This document shows, piece after piece, positions 24,272 through 25,144 of a stretch of 25,144 nucleotides of DNA. The notes under the pieces are model-generated. The model saw nothing but the letters and a program-made list of their open reading frames with translations. It made no database searches and had not been told where the DNA came from. Made by a program: the position numbers and the translations under genes. Source of the DNA: a virus (lineage: Duplodnaviria > Caudoviricetes); IMG/VR virus record IMGVR_UViG_3300022923_000094, positions 1 to 25,144 of that record; one strand, written 5' to 3'. The number at the start of each line of letters is the position of its first letter. Within the stretch, counting starts at the first letter, position 1.

Positions 24272-25144
24272 TACCGCATCCCGTCAGGCTGCACTTCTAC
24301 TCTCGGAGAACCTAGTCTCCATCCTACACCTGCATCTGTTGTTTCTATTTTAAACGCAAACGAGCGACCACGCAGCCGAACGTTAACCTGATTAGTCCAC
24401 TGTTCCACAGGAACTGACGCTGTTTTACTAACCGTCTTACTGTTAGTTTGCAGGTATTCGCCACCTGGATAATTTCGCGCTTGAAGCGTCATCGTAGCCG
24501 ACGGCGTCACCGCTGTACTATCACGGAACGTCAAATCTGGTATCAACTTGCGTAGGAACACAAAGTTGTCCCCTTCTCCGAGCGACATCTGACTGCTTTC
24601 GATAAACGACGTAATCGCCGTGGCAGGAGAAGTCGATCCGTCATCAAACCCACGCTCGTGGAAATACAAGGCGTGGTCTGTGCTTGCTGCAATGGGGAAG
24701 TTCTCAACTCCACGATCCAACCAAACAGTCCGATTCAAAGATCCATAGTACCAAATCTGCTGCTGGTAGTTGTACACAACATACTTGTCGCACTCTGTGC
24801 TCGAAGCCGAAGGATAAAACCACCAAATCTCAGAAAAGGCTGTGTTGGTGGACGCCGTTACTTTCTCAAGCTGGTCAGTGTTGATGTCGCTAAATATAAA
24901 GTCCCGCACCGTACACGGCAACCGCTGCACGGCACCGCCATATACATAGAACTCTTCTGCACCCATCCAGTACACCTGATCCTCGATTGCAATAGCGGCT
25001 AACGGACCAGCAATCGTGATGTTTTCCGACACCGTGTTTATGCCAAAGGTAAACGGTGGCCCAAGAAACTGCATTGCGTGAAGCGATACGTCGGTAAACA
25101 CCAGAACCTGTTGCCGCGTCTCGATAGCCGTAACAATCTCGGAC
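24271..25144 (-). CDS. Tail tubular/DNA stabilisation protein, C-terminal part (5' end outside the window)
   Basis: Frame stays open to the window edge (SEIVTAIETRQQVLVFTD...); beta-rich with EIWWFYPS, YVVYNY, WYYG, RLRGR, WRLG, QPDGMR motifs typical of podoviral gp10-like/nozzle proteins. Confidence 0.7.
   Translation of the reverse strand, partial: SEIVTAIETRQQVLVFTDVSLHAMQFLGPPFTFGINTVSENITIAGPLAAIAIEDQVYWMGAEEFYVYGGAVQRLPCTVRDFIFSDINTDQLEKVTASTNTAFSEIWWFYPSASSTECDKYVVYNYQQQIWYYGSLNRTVWLDRGVENFPIAASTDHALYFHERGFDDGSTSPATAITSFIESSQMSLGEGDNFVFLRKLIPDLTFRDSTAVTPSATMTLQARNYPGGEYLQTNSKTVSKTASVPVEQWTNQVNVRLRGRSFAFKIETTDAGVGWRLGSPRVEVQPDGMR

Overview
A 25-kb segment of a tailed dsDNA phage genome, podovirus-like and probably infecting a marine alphaproteobacterium (inferred from gene content, not a database search). 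Layout: an early/accessory region on + (1-5442); an inverted SNF2 helicase pair (5523-7207, -); a replication module on + (SSB-like, AEP primase, AlpA, UvrD-like helicase, DUF6378-like, family A polymerase; 7281-14467); and a convergent virion/ejection module on - (14461-end). The standout is a compact three-part locus at 1858-4080: a stand-alone Cas7/RAMP-like gene, a ~720-nt non-coding array of 5-nt units (conserved G[G/T/A]Y triplet + variable NN) cut into 12 segments by GGCGGTC, and a 170-aa accessory gene. Reading only the NN dinucleotides as NN-x-NN-x (codon positions 1-2, wobble skipped), about half the segments spell hallmark motifs of other mobile elements: tyrosine integrase (FHDLRHEG), serine recombinase (YARYSSD), T7-like large terminase (LNLPDPTPVQY), SF2 helicase (GTPFRSD) and HGGxSTG protein (CxARTRxGTPCQ). 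They occur in both orientations. This points to a phage-encoded RNA-guided system that recognises dsDNA of competing phages or satellites through a gapped, wobble-insensitive code.
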